Positions 12,546-23,800 of a stretch of DNA of 64,000 nucleotides are shown here, one piece after another. Within the stretch, counting starts at the first letter, position 1. Every line of letters begins with the position of its first letter. Under the pieces are notes generated by a model. That model made no database searches. It worked only from the letters and a program-made list of their open reading frames with translations, and was not told the DNA's origin. Source of the stretch: Macrostomum hystrix (Eukaryota; Animalia; Platyhelminthes); NCBI GenBank assembly GCA_950097015.1, contig CATNEN010000025.1, forward strand, positions 3,596,001-3,660,000, given 5' to 3'. The position numbers were made by a program, and so were the translations under genes.

Positions 12546-13061
12546 TCAAATATACTGGAAATAAAAAATAACATGAAAACAAGCTTCGCGATCTTTCAGG
12601 GATTATCGTTGCTTTGAGCAAAAAAATCGCTTGCAAACTTTAGTGTTAAATTTGTTGTTCTAACTGAAAATAGTAAACACACGAAGAATTGTAATCATTG
12701 ATTACAGGAACTTATTAAATTCACGGTAAAAATTCACGATGAACTCTCATGCGAAAATTAGCTAGAAGAAAAGCTGCTGTCAGAAAATCTGAATTTTCGC
12801 CCCTGACCCAAAAGCGTTACTAACAGTAGTATGCAGTGAGAGTTAGGTATTTTATTTGCATGAAATAAGCTAACCCTGAACTTGGCATTTAATCGAAAGA
12901 AATTTTAGGACTGTAGCGTGATAAAAATTTCTGTAAAAAATGATGACCGTGAGTCCAAGATTCACAGAATCCAAGATTCACAGAATCACGGTATCCTAAA
13001 TTCACAGAATCCCAAATCCAAGCTATCCTGAACGCTACACTGCAACAAGCAGCTTATAGTC

Positions 13062-13484
13062 TTAAGCAGTCAGCAAGGCCCGCATTGCCGCATCCAGGTT
13101 GGCGCCGTTCTCTCGCAGGCATCGCTCTGCAGCTGCCTGAGTGATCTCAAACTCTCTGGCTAGCAGATCTGCATGCTCCTTGGCCACCTTGACCTTGCCG
13201 AGTTCGCGCTCTCGCCGCTGCTTGTCAGCCTGATCGTGCGCCTGCCTGGCGGAGACCGCCCGCATCGCTTCGCCGATTTCGCCGCCGACTGAGCGTTCGC
13301 CGGCTAATTCTGCCTCCTCAACATAGTCCGTCACTTTGCCAAGATCGCGAGCTCCGCGCGCCTCAAGCTTCGACTGCTTGGTGTCGCCATCAGCCTCCAA
13401 CTGGGTTTCAGGCTCGGAGGACTCTTCGTCCGATTCAGCGGTCGCCGACGCGGCCGGCTGCTCATTGGCCGAGTTTTCCTTCGC
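13062..13484 (-). CDS. HYPK: Huntingtin-interacting protein K (NAC-alpha-like UBA domain); coding exon with no in-frame ATG before the conserved region
   Basis: GARDLGKVTDYVEE...RERELGKVKVAKEHADLLAREFEITQAAAERCLRENGANLDAAMRALL matches the HYPK pattern (ADLERVTDYAEE...REKELAKVTIKKED...AERSLREH.GN). Acceptor CTCCAG|GCG at 13485/13484 is phase 0. Confidence 0.9.
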   Translation of the reverse strand, partial: AKENSANEQPAASATAESDEESSEPETQLEADGDTKQSKLEARGARDLGKVTDYVEEAELAGERSVGGEIGEAMRAVSARQAHDQADKQRRERELGKVKVAKEHADLLAREFEITQAAAERCLRENGANLDAAMRALLTA

Positions 13485-13714
13485 CTGGAGTGGGGGCGAC
13501 AATTAAGCAATTAGTGATTACATTTTTAAACATGCTTGTAGCGCTACTTATAGTAGATAACATTAAACAAACTAGTTAAATAGGGACATCTTTCCTTGCG
13601 AGTGTGCAATACAACATACAAATCTTTTTTTTACTCATTTTGTCTGGAATTTAAACTTTCTTAAATGTTGAATGTTCTTAATAAAAAATATTAATAACTG
13701 CAACGCTAAAACTC

Positions 13715-13825
13715 TGGCACTAAGGAGGTCCCCGAGCTCGATTCCACAGAGAGGCATCGTTTATTCGGGGCAAAGAAGGTTTGAGGGACTTTTGTCACAC
13801 CTGCTAAGTATACACACTAAAATGT
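13715..13825 (+). mobile_element. Degenerate SINE family A fragment in the INSIG-HYPK spacer
   Basis: GCACTAAGGAGGTCCCGAGCTCGATTCC head and AAGTATACAC, both as in the 6808 copy. Confidence 0.6.
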
Positions 13826-14517
13826 CACAAATGGACACATTTGAGAGACTCTTTTGAGATTGAGAGATTGAACGGTAAACATTTTTTTATTCTGGTTTAC
13901 ATATAGAACACATAAAATATCAGATTAAGAGCATACAATTTTAGTCTATCCATCAAAGTTACCAGCCAGTAAACTAGCAAATCTGGGCTGTGCATACATT
14001 TCCGACTCAGGCTAATATGGGCAATATTGTATACACGGGAAACAGTTACTAACACGCACCGGTTTACAAAGACTAGTAAATGAGTAATTCAGTTTAACTT
14101 CTTTATCGAGATATTAACATTTTCAGACAATTAAAGGTAACTAAAGACAATTTACAGCCAAACTCAGCAGTGAATTATCTAGCATGTCATTCAGTAATTT
14201 AATTACACAGACAAAAACAGATTGCCGTAAAGTGTGACAAAATGACATCAATGATAGCTATCAACAATATCATCATATTTTTATATGCCATCATCAAAGC
14301 CAAAGGTAATCAATAAGTTTTAAAATTGTATAGCAATTCATATAATAATTGAAAACACGCGTAGCACATAACAAGGACATTTAGTTCAGACTTTTCAGTC
14401 TAGATTGAAACTGCCTGAAGGCCAGTAATCTTGCTCAACAGTGCAAAGTGCTCAGAAGTATATACAAGTGATATTATTAATAGCAAATCTATGCAAAAAG
14501 CTGTCCTAATACAGATG

Positions 14518-16170
14518 CTAATCCCCGTGCGACTTGGCACCAGACGCTGCCGCCGACACCGCCGAGTTCGCCTGCGCCGCTAGCAGCCGGCCGGCCAGAC
14601 CGACTGTGACGGAGCCGCTAAAGAAGATGCAGGGCAGCCAGGCGCGAACGCGCACGAAATCCACACTGGGCCTGTAGGCGTCAAGGCTAATCATGAGCTG
14701 ATTGACAGCTGCGGCTAGTAGGGCGATAACCAGGGCCAGGCCTAGGCCAGATCTGGAGCCGTCAAAGTAGAACCAGAGGCCTAGACTCATGCCAGCCAGG
14801 CACAGGCTGAGCTGGGCGTGAGACATGAAGTCGATTTTAGCCGCGGCCTGGTTTAGCCCGACAAACAGGGCGGCGCAGCGGATCACAGAGCTCCAATCGG
14901 TGCGCTGGGCGATGGTTGGGTCGCCGAGCAGACGGTCCACAGTGGGGTAGAGCAGGCCGATGGCCACTTAGGGAGGATTAGGTCGGACGGGTCGTCCGAG
15001 TAAGAGTAAGAAATGGTGCTTTAACAACCTGTTGATTAAAATTCTAAGTCCTGCGAGATAATAAGGTAATTTGGGAGTAGAAGAACTGTAAGCAGGGAAA
15101 ATGAAAGCAGGAGAAGTGGAAGTAGGGGAAATGTAAGTAGGGGAAGTGGAAGTAGGGGAAATGTAAGTAGGGGAAGTGGAAGTAGGGGAAATGTAAGTAG
15201 GGGAAATGGAAGTAGGGGAAATGGAAGTAGGGGAAGTGGAAGTAGGGGAAACGGACGTAGGGGAAGTAGGATTAGGGGAAATCTGAGTAGGGGAAGTGGA
15301 AGTAGGGGAAATGGAAGTAGGGGAAGTGGAAGTAGGGGAAATGGAAGTAGGGGAAATGGAAGTAGTGGAAATGGAAGTAGGGGAAATTGGAGTAGGGGAA
15401 ATGGAAGCAGGGGAAGTGGTCGTAGGGGAAGTCGTCGTAGGGGAAGTGGTCGTAGGGGAAGTAGAAGTAGGGGAAAGGCAAGTGACAGCAGGAACATCAA
15501 ATTCGATGCAGTGACCGCGATAATGCGTTTGTCTCTCGCATCAAGCCCCCACATGCTCGATTCCACAGCAAGGCCGCATTCATTTTTGTAGCAGCCGCGG
15601 AGAGAAGGCTTGGGTGTTGTTGTGCAATATAGTGTGAGCGTGTACCTATGTACAGAATCAGAATGCTCAGGTGACAGCGGAATAGGCAGAATTGTCTCTC
15701 GCTGGCTGTGGCTCTACTGTTACCCGATTTTGTCAATGCACACTGCCCTACTGCAATTATTGTTATTATTGTTTTACGAGGGCAATCCTACAAAGCACAG
15801 TAAGAGTGTACACTGCCTGAGTCCTGACGATAAGAAAATAGGTGCAACCTCCGGGGAGGTTGAGGAGGGATAAAACTCCTCAACTAAACATGCATATGTG
15901 TGTGTGCTCAGGGTACATAGGAATGGGCAGAATTGACCATAAATTGACTGTTCCAAAATTGATGCTCCAGTGGCAGTGCCAACATCTTGACTCACCAGCG
16001 CTTATTCCGCAGGCTGGCGGCACCCACATGCCAGACTTGACCATGCCAAGCCACATCTCGGATGTAATTAGCGCCTGACTCTTCTGCGCCTGCATCAGAT
16101 TAATTAGTAGGCTGACACCAACGCCGAATAGGAACAGTAGGCTGACTCGAAACGCCAGCTGAACTGCCAT
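14518..16170 (-). CDS. INSIG: Insulin-induced gene protein (sterol-sensing ER membrane protein), 207 aa; exons 16170-15996 and 14966-14518
   Basis: Spliced translation WVPPACGISA|VAIGLLYPTVD...WSSVIRCAALFVGLNQAAAKIDF...FDGSRSGLGL...AWLPCIFFSGSVTVG matches INSIG motifs. Phase-1 GT-AG intron (G|GTGAG ... CCCTAAG|TG). Confidence 0.95.
15095..15480 (+). repeat. 15-bp G-rich minisatellite (GTAGGGGAA(A/G)TGGAA) in the INSIG intron
   Basis: About 25 copies, each with a G4 run; source of the FPLLP-repeat pseudo-ORFs. Confidence 0.92.
15510..15960 (+). mobile_element. SINE family A copy (partly duplicated) in the INSIG intron, antisense to the gene
   Basis: TGCTCGATTCCACAGCAAGGCCGCATTCATTTTTGTAGCAGCCGCGGAGAGAAGGCTTGGG, followed by GGCAGAATTG (twice), CTGCAATTA and GTGTACACTGCCTGA. 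Confidence 0.72.
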
Positions 16171-17988
16171 TTTTGCTAGTTTAATAAAATTAAACGCTTA
16201 GAATTTAGATGTTGAACAGTAGCCAGAGCCAGAGACTATTTAGCACTTCAGGCACTGGGAATTTAACCACACATTTGTAGTCTTGGCAAACTGCAATCAT
16301 TTTGCAACAGAATGTTAAGACAAGTGGAAATTTTATCATAATAAACTTATAAATTTGTTCGAGTCAATAGGATTTAGAGCTAAGAAAAAAAGTTAAGAAC
16401 TAAAAACTTTTAATAGTACAAGACAGCAAAATAGTCAAAAGTTATGTCCTGTCTGGAATATTAGCAAAAGTAGAAAATAGTGGCAAGTTGACTTATTTAT
16501 CTCAATGACATGACACAAAAGTTTTTAACTATAATAAACTACAAAAATTAATTAAAAAATATAAAATTACATGTAACTAAAAGCTGAGATAAAAAAAATT
16601 TCTTTGGTCAGATGATGAGTCACAAGTCTGAACTATCTGTTTCTGTACCCATCATTATAAATTTGAGAGGGCTCAAGTAGTTGGTTCTGCTAAACAATGC
16701 TGCTGCTTCTGATTCAGTTTAGTCCTTCAATCCACCACAATTTTTCTGGCAGTTGTAAATATTTAAGGTCGGGCTTATAGTTAAATGATGCAGAATGTTG
16801 GTGCAACTTGATTGACATGTTGAACTGCTTGCACTAATATGTGCTCTGTGTATACAAATAACATAACCTTGACTTTTCTATTAAGTGAAACTAAATGTGG
16901 ACTAAAAAATGAATATAGATTAACAAAAATCTTAGATAAAAATCACAAGTCTGTTTGATTTCTAGGTAGCTTTTTGTATATTCCATATCTATCTCAGGGG
17001 CAAAAAATGGTCTTATTGCATCATTACTTATAAAAACAATTGTCTCATAGGCCTAATTTAATTGTCTAAGAAACATATTGAAAAATGTCTATATGGCATG
17101 GCACAAGTCAAAGCCTATGAGTTGATGCCAAGATTTTTAAGCTATGGGATAGTCCATTTTATGCACAGAAATTTTCAAGCAAAGATAGAGTGTGATTAAG
17201 CATTCTATGTAATATTCTGTGGACTATAGTTAAAGATAATGAAACTGTACTGAAAGTATATAATGGCACTTAGCATTGTATTGTTACTACATGTAGGCAG
17301 CAGTATGCAATCACTAGTATCAAAATTAAAATTCTATAATTCTTTAAATATCTGTGGTTTGTGGTTTTGAAATAATAAATAGACCAAAAAAACCTCACAA
17401 AATAAAAATAAAGCTAGACCAATCCAATCAGCCATTTCAATGAGCAATCAGCCATTCAATCAGCCAGAGACTATTTAGCACTTCAGGCGGAACAAGGGCG
17501 GAATTCAGAGTCAGGAAAGTTGAAAAAGACTGGAGGACAGCAGGACATCCATTTAGAGCCTCATCATTTGAAGGGTGCTCATGAAGCATGGTTTCCTGTC
17601 TTTTTGTTTGCTGCTATCTTGTTTGCATTTATTTTTACTTTAAAAAATTGGAATAAACCAGGAAGATGAAAACGAAGTCATCTGCTACGGCATGTATTCT
17701 CAGAAAAAAATATTTAATTTGTAAATGCATGGAAAGTGTCCCGTCCATTTTCTAGTCGCCTAGAGGCTTGCCTTCATTTTCTAGTTATCGGAATCGAAGC
17801 GAATTCTTTGAAAGGAATTCTAACGATTTTAACAAAAAGCAAAAGAAATCTATGCTTCATTAACGAATATAATTTTGTTTCTGCAGAAATTATGTAATAA
17901 TTAGGCAATTTTTCTGAATTTACTTATACATTTTTAGTTACATGTGATCAGAACTTCCAAACTCGAAATCTTTTTGACTAGTTGCTAA

Positions 17989-18684
17989 TGTAGTAGTTGC
18001 AATTTATGCCGTATTTTTACATTTAAAGTTTTGTATTTCCTAGAAACGCAGCGTTAACGTAGAATTGAATATTTTGTTTAAATGCCGCTTTTTGTTTTAA
18101 TCATGTCCGCCACCCCGAAAGAAACCTAATATATACGAGAGATTTTAGACACGAAAAACCCAACTCGCGTTCCTCCCGCAAGTTCGGAAAGCAAACTGTT
18201 TAAAGCAAGTGAATAAAGTTGTTATTATTCTTTTAGTTAAAGACTACAAGCTGGAAATTGTATGTCATAAGCGAGATTTCGTACTGAAATAAGATATACA
18301 GGTTGGATCTGATCCAGACAGTAAAACCCAGAAGGGATTAAATTAATGCAGATTTTGCAGAAGGAAATAAAAGGAAACTAAGGGAGTAATTCCAAATAAG
18401 AGAGAGAGAGTGTGAGATTGGACACCCTCCGATCCACTGGTAGCCTTTGTCGGACTGAACTTAATAAAAGACTGTGTGTCACTAACATAAAATATACATA
18501 TGAGTTATTCGTGTGAATCAGATTAAAATAGTGTCTTACCGCTCGGACACTTGCATGCTATCACAGAGTAAATAACTACTCTAATATAATATTATAAAGT
18601 GTTATACTAATTAAAATTGCTAGAGTTTAAAAGCCCTGTGACCATTTGATAGAATATTAACAAATAAGAAAGGGCCCTCCCACA
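17989..18684 (+). repeat. Gypsy 5' LTR (696 bp)
   Basis: Near-identical to the 3' LTR; I saw one 4-bp indel and one substitution. Confidence 0.96.
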
Positions 18685-18740
18685 ACTTGGTGACAGCGGT
18701 GAAGGATCGGAAAAATCCAGTCAAACACCAGAAAACCGTA

Positions 18741-19640
18741 ATGGCAGGAGTTCAAGATGCAATTGGAATGTTAGCCGAAGAGCTGAGGAATCGATTGGAA
18801 TTAGGCCCAATGAGGCATGTTAAGATCCAGAAATTTACCCCAAGCCAAGATATCAGAATTTGGCTAACCGCCTTTGACCAAAGGTGTGATTCTGAAGGAA
18901 TAGAACAGGAAGAGCACAGGAAGAGGGAGCTCTTAGCCAACTTGGATTTAGCCACTGCGTTTGCAGCAGTACAACGTCTTAACTTACCAGAAGATCTAAC
19001 CTACGAGGAATTTAAGGAGAGACTAGTAGAGAGATTCGGTCGTTTAGGTAGTTCAGCAGAGTTTAGAGAAGAATTTCGAGGCAGATTGCAGGGCAGAAAT
19101 GAGCAGATTGACTCTTTTGCCGATGCACTTATTGAGCTAGCAACCCGTGCTTTCCCGAATATGAATGCCGAACAACGCGAAGAAGAGGTTGTCGAGCAAT
19201 TCATCAAAGGCGCTAGAATTCCCTCAGATACTAGGGAAAAGTTGATTTTCGCCCAACCAGCCAGTCTGCAAGAGGCTAGGCGAATGTTAAGGCGCATTGA
19301 AGCCGCTTGGCAGAGGTCACACAAAAGTGGACTACGAGTTGTGAGAGATGAGCCAAGTAATGACGAAGATCAGAGCAGGAAGCTGGAAGATCTGATTGAG
19401 AAGCAGAAGCTGGAAATCAGCAAACAGAAGAAGCTCATTGAGACTCTTACTCAAGAGAAGAGAAAGGCTGAAAGCCAGACACTGCCACCTCAGCCGCTCA
19501 TGCAGCAGAAAGTGCATTTCCAGAAACCCTATCAGCAGTCAAGGCCTTCGCCGACCTGCTATAACTGTCGCAAAGTTGGACATATCGCAAAGAATTGCCA
19601 AAGTCCACGACAGTATCAGCGGTTCCATCAGGGAAACTGA
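18741..19640 (+). CDS. gag: Gypsy Gag (299 aa) with C-terminal CCHC knuckle
   Basis: First ATG after the PBS, in the frame of ORF 18687-19640; capsid-like region (FRGRLQGRNEQIDSFADALIELATRAFP); CYNCRKVGHIAKNC. Confidence 0.92.
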   Translation: MAGVQDAIGMLAEELRNRLELGPMRHVKIQKFTPSQDIRIWLTAFDQRCDSEGIEQEEHRKRELLANLDLATAFAAVQRLNLPEDLTYEEFKERLVERFGRLGSSAEFREEFRGRLQGRNEQIDSFADALIELATRAFPNMNAEQREEEVVEQFIKGARIPSDTREKLIFAQPASLQEARRMLRRIEAAWQRSHKSGLRVVRDEPSNDEDQSRKLEDLIEKQKLEISKQKKLIETLTQEKRKAESQTLPPQPLMQQKVHFQKPYQQSRPSPTCYNCRKVGHIAKNCQSPRQYQRFHQGN

Positions 19641-20846
19641 ATATCGAGGGACGACAGTCGAGGCCACGCCCCTCCAGAAATCCCAGATTCGAACTTTCGG
19701 CCTCCCAGTCAAGTCGTTACCCTGTAAAGTCCCAATGTTTTTATCAGACTGGGAAGCGTCATGCACTTTATGCGTCAGCACCTCGCCTATCAGCACCTTA
19801 TGCGTCAGCACCTCGCCTATCAGCACCTTATGCGTCAGCACCTCGCGTATCAGCACCCTATGCGTCAGCACCCCGCGTAACAGCACCTATTGCGTCAGCA
19901 CCCATTGTGTCAGCATCTATGTCAGCATCTACCGTGTCAGCACTCGACGAGTCAGTGGAAGAGGATCTAGCATCCGAGGAGCCGGAGCCAGTTACAAGGA
20001 CTCTCGTTGGAAAGTGCAACAAGAAGACTCAAAGGACAAGTAAGAAAATCTTTGTTTCCAATTCTAAACTAGAATTAGTTAAGCCGGAAGGATATGAAGC
20101 TGTAGTAATAGGGACTATTCAAAAGCAGGAAGTAGACTTTATCCTAGATACAGGAGCCAGAAATTGCTTCTTAAGTAAATCTGTGTGGACTAAACTGATC
20201 AAGCCCGATCAGATCAAGAGCACTGATAAGAGAGTATCTACCTTTGATGGTACCAGAGTTCAGTTGGAAGGAGAAAGCTGCATTATTGTCCGTTTTGGTG
20301 ACATCCAAATGGAAGTCGATTTCTTGCTATGCAGTCACGAATGTGATAACATACTAGGAATGGAATTCTTCATTGGATACTGTGAGAGCATTAACATCTC
20401 CAAGGGAATGTTAATACTCCATGAAGGATCTTGTATCCCTATGCAGTTTACTCACCTCCCAGTGAAAGTTTGCCGCGTTTACACGCAAGAAAGGGCTGTG
20501 ATCCCAGCCAACAGCGCACTGAGAATCCCCGTGCGATTAGCCAAGAATGCGGAATGTAACTTCGGTACCCCAATGACTATTGAAGTGATCGGAGATGGCG
20601 TAAGAGCCAAAGAGTTGACATTAGACATGGTCCCAACTCTTGTCACCATGAACGAAGGTTCCGCTATCGTTGAGATCATAAACCATCATCCTGTTGATGT
20701 GAAACTGGCAAAGTCAGCCCTGATTGGCTTAGCCAAACCCATGAAAGCCAAGGAGTTGAATTACTTCGAAGAACAGTCAGAACCCGAAGCCACTGTGAAA
20801 GTAAATCAGACCCAAACGATTGAGAATGCGTGGATTGAGGAGGTCA
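19595..20846 (+). CDS. pol: Gypsy Pol, 5' part (30-bp repeat linker and aspartic protease), cut by the BEL insertion
   Basis: FILDTGA protease motif and ILGMEF flap; YASAPRLSAP repeats at 19767-19945; the frame runs into the BEL LTR and stops at 20932. Confidence 0.9.
19631..19637 (+). other. -1 ribosomal frameshift slippery site G GGA AAC
   Basis: X XXY YYZ heptamer in register with the last gag codons (cag gga aac tga); pol lies in the -1 frame. Confidence 0.8.
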
Positions 20847-23800
20847 TGTCGCTAAATTATCATGAAGTGCGCCTGCACTGGACCCCCTCATGCATTACTC
20901 GTATCTTCGCTGCCTGCCCACCTTTTCTCTAATGTACGCCTCAACCCCCCCGTGTTCGCCACCCCCTCTCGATCGCTCGTCTCTTATCTTTCTCTCCACA
21001 ATGTACGCTCAGCTCCCCCATTGTTATCTCGCTATAATAAAATCAATAAAATTGGTTACGAGACTTCTGGCTATATATTCTTGACCCGCTGGCTCTCGGA
21101 CCGCCGCAAGGATTTCTAATCGCACCAACAACCAACCATTATTTAAGCCTCACTTAAATTTACGTGTAAGTCACAACATGGCGCCCAATCTAAATTAAAA
21201 CGCTGTTTCTCGTCTCGTCGCGGTCTCGTTGTCTCGGCTCTGTCTAGTCGTTGTTTTCTTCTGTCTCTTCGCGGTCTCGTCATCTCGGTTGTCTCTTCGC
21301 GGTCTCGTCATCTCGGTTGTCTCGTCGCGGTCTCGTCATCTCGGTTGTCTCGTCGCGGTCTCGTCATCTCGGCTCTGTCTCGTCGCGGTCTCGCCTCGCC
21401 TGTCTCGCCGCGATTTCGTCAGTCTCTCGCGGTCTTATCGTGGCGGTTTCGCTCCTGGTCTCAGGACACTTCAGTACTTCCCGGACTACATCATCAGACT
21501 GTCGATTGTGTAGTGAGCTTGTCCGACTTATCCGTACGATTTTTTTCAGTTCCTGTTCAATTTCAAAGCAACTCTTGTTTTTTTTGCTCATTGTACCATT
21601 GGACCATCTTCCTCCCTTCTTTGGTTGACTATTTTCTCTAGGGTCTTGGCTTATCCCGGGTGTTGACTGCGCTCTGTCCTTCGTTTATCGGTCATCTAGG
21701 GTCGAGCTCGTTTGAGTTGCTTCATCATGTCGTTGTCCAAGGAGGAGATTTCTGAGCTAGTTCGGCGAAGGGCTGTTGTTCGTTCGAGTATTACGAAGGC
21801 AATCGGCAAGGCAGAAGCTCTTCTAGATAAGAGTGGAAAATCGACGGCTAAGACATTAGCTGAAGCGGACTCACTGTTGGAGATTTTAAAGGCCAAGATG
21901 AATCAGCTGGAAAAGATGGATGAGGAGTTAGAATTTGGAATTCCAGACGAGACGTTGGATGAAGAGCAGGATTCAATTCAAGAATACTCTCTCAAATGTC
22001 GGCAGACAATCAAATTATTAGAAGGGTTTTCCTCGAAATATCAACTCGATACGCGGACCAGTCCAGCTCTAGGACAGAAGTCAACTGAGCCCAACATCCG
22101 GCTGCCGAAGCGTCAGATCCCTACCTTTCATGGTACTGTCGCAACCTGGCAAACATTCTGGGATCAGTTTTCATCCTCGATCGATTCGAATAACTCACTG
22201 TCTGACATAGATAAATTCAATTACCTGCTAGACTGTCTTTCGGATTCAGCTCGCTCTTGCATCCGAGGATTCTCCGTTACTTCGTCAAATTATCGTGCCG
22301 CAGTAAGTACTCTTAAGGATCGCTATGGCAAGCCCGAGATTATTATTCGTGACCTAATGACCCAATTGTCCGACCTTCAACTTGTTGACACCACATTGAT
22401 TGGGTTGCAGCGCTTTCACGATGATGTAGCTGCGATCACTCAAAATCTTAGTAACCAAGGTGTCTCTTCATCGTCGTATGAGGCTCTGCTGCTTCCATCC
22501 CTGCTGCGTCGCTGCCCAGCTGAACTTCGACTCGAACTGCACCGCTCAGCCAACTTGGCGGGCAATGAGATTGACTCCATTGAGGCTCTACTAGAGTGCC
22601 TACAAAACGAGATTAACCTTCGAGAAGCTGCTGGTATGACTGCATCGCAGAAGCTCCGCCCTCGAGACTTCGAAAAGGGAACAAACGCCTCAACGATTCC
22701 TAAGCTCGCTTCTGCATCTACTCTGGTCTCAGACAAGACCACAGCCTTACCTTCCCGTCAAATACAGACAGATTTTCGACCAGCGGCCTCCGTAAAAGTG
22801 TTCTGTACGTACTGTGGTTCCGCCCATATTTCTGAAAAATGCCCAACAATGGCCTCTGTAACTTCTAGAATGAACTTCTTAAAGAAAACCGATCGTTGCT
22901 TCAAGTGTCTTCGAACCGGACACTTATCAAAGGCATGTAGCGATCGCCGCTGCTGCCGAATCTGCTCTGGCAATCATCACTCTAGCATTTGTACAGCTAC
23001 CACTGATCAGTCGAACACAAAGGTCGGTCCAATCACAAAGTCTAAGAATCCGCCTCAAGTTCTCTCACGAAAGGACCGATGTTTGACTGTCTCTTCTCAG
23101 CCTTCTTCACAGGATGATCATCACAAGGACCACCCAAACATCACAAACATCGCAGATGAAACAACTCACAGTACTACGTGTCTAACTCGAACTGACTCCA
23201 ATCTGACTAATCAGCAGCAACAGGCAGTTCTTCCAATGTTCATTATGCGCAATCCAACTGTCGTATTGCCTGTCGCAAAGGCCATTCTGCTAAGCTCCGG
23301 GGGTGAACGCGAGTTGATGGTACGCATGTTGCTCGATACTGGTAGCAATCGAACCTATATCCGCGAAGATGTTTGCCAGCTTCTCGGCCTCCAGTCGACG
23401 AACTCCGAACGACTTCAGATATCAGCCTTCTCAGGCCACACCTCAGTGGTCGACTCGGGCAAAGTCACGCTGACTCTTCGAAAAATTGACTCACCCCAAG
23501 TAATCCGACTCGACGCCAGCATCGTCAAAGATATATGCCAACCACAACGTTCGGTCATGGTTACCAGTTACGAACATCTCGGTGGCTTAGATCTTGCTGA
23601 CCCCTATGATCCACGTGACGCTACAACGCCAATTTCCATCCTCGTCGGATCCGATCAATATTATCAAATCGTCACAGGCAATGTAGTCCGTGGTGCCTCC
23701 GGTCCAGTAGCTATGGAAACGAAACTCGGCTTCGTTTTGTGTGGACCACTGACTGTCGACTGCCTGACTAAAGAATATGATCAATCAGACAACGCTGCTT

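Noticed and set aside
15036-15566. Pro/Leu-rich and related ORFs in the INSIG intron
   Set aside because: They are translations of a 15-bp minisatellite lying within an intron.
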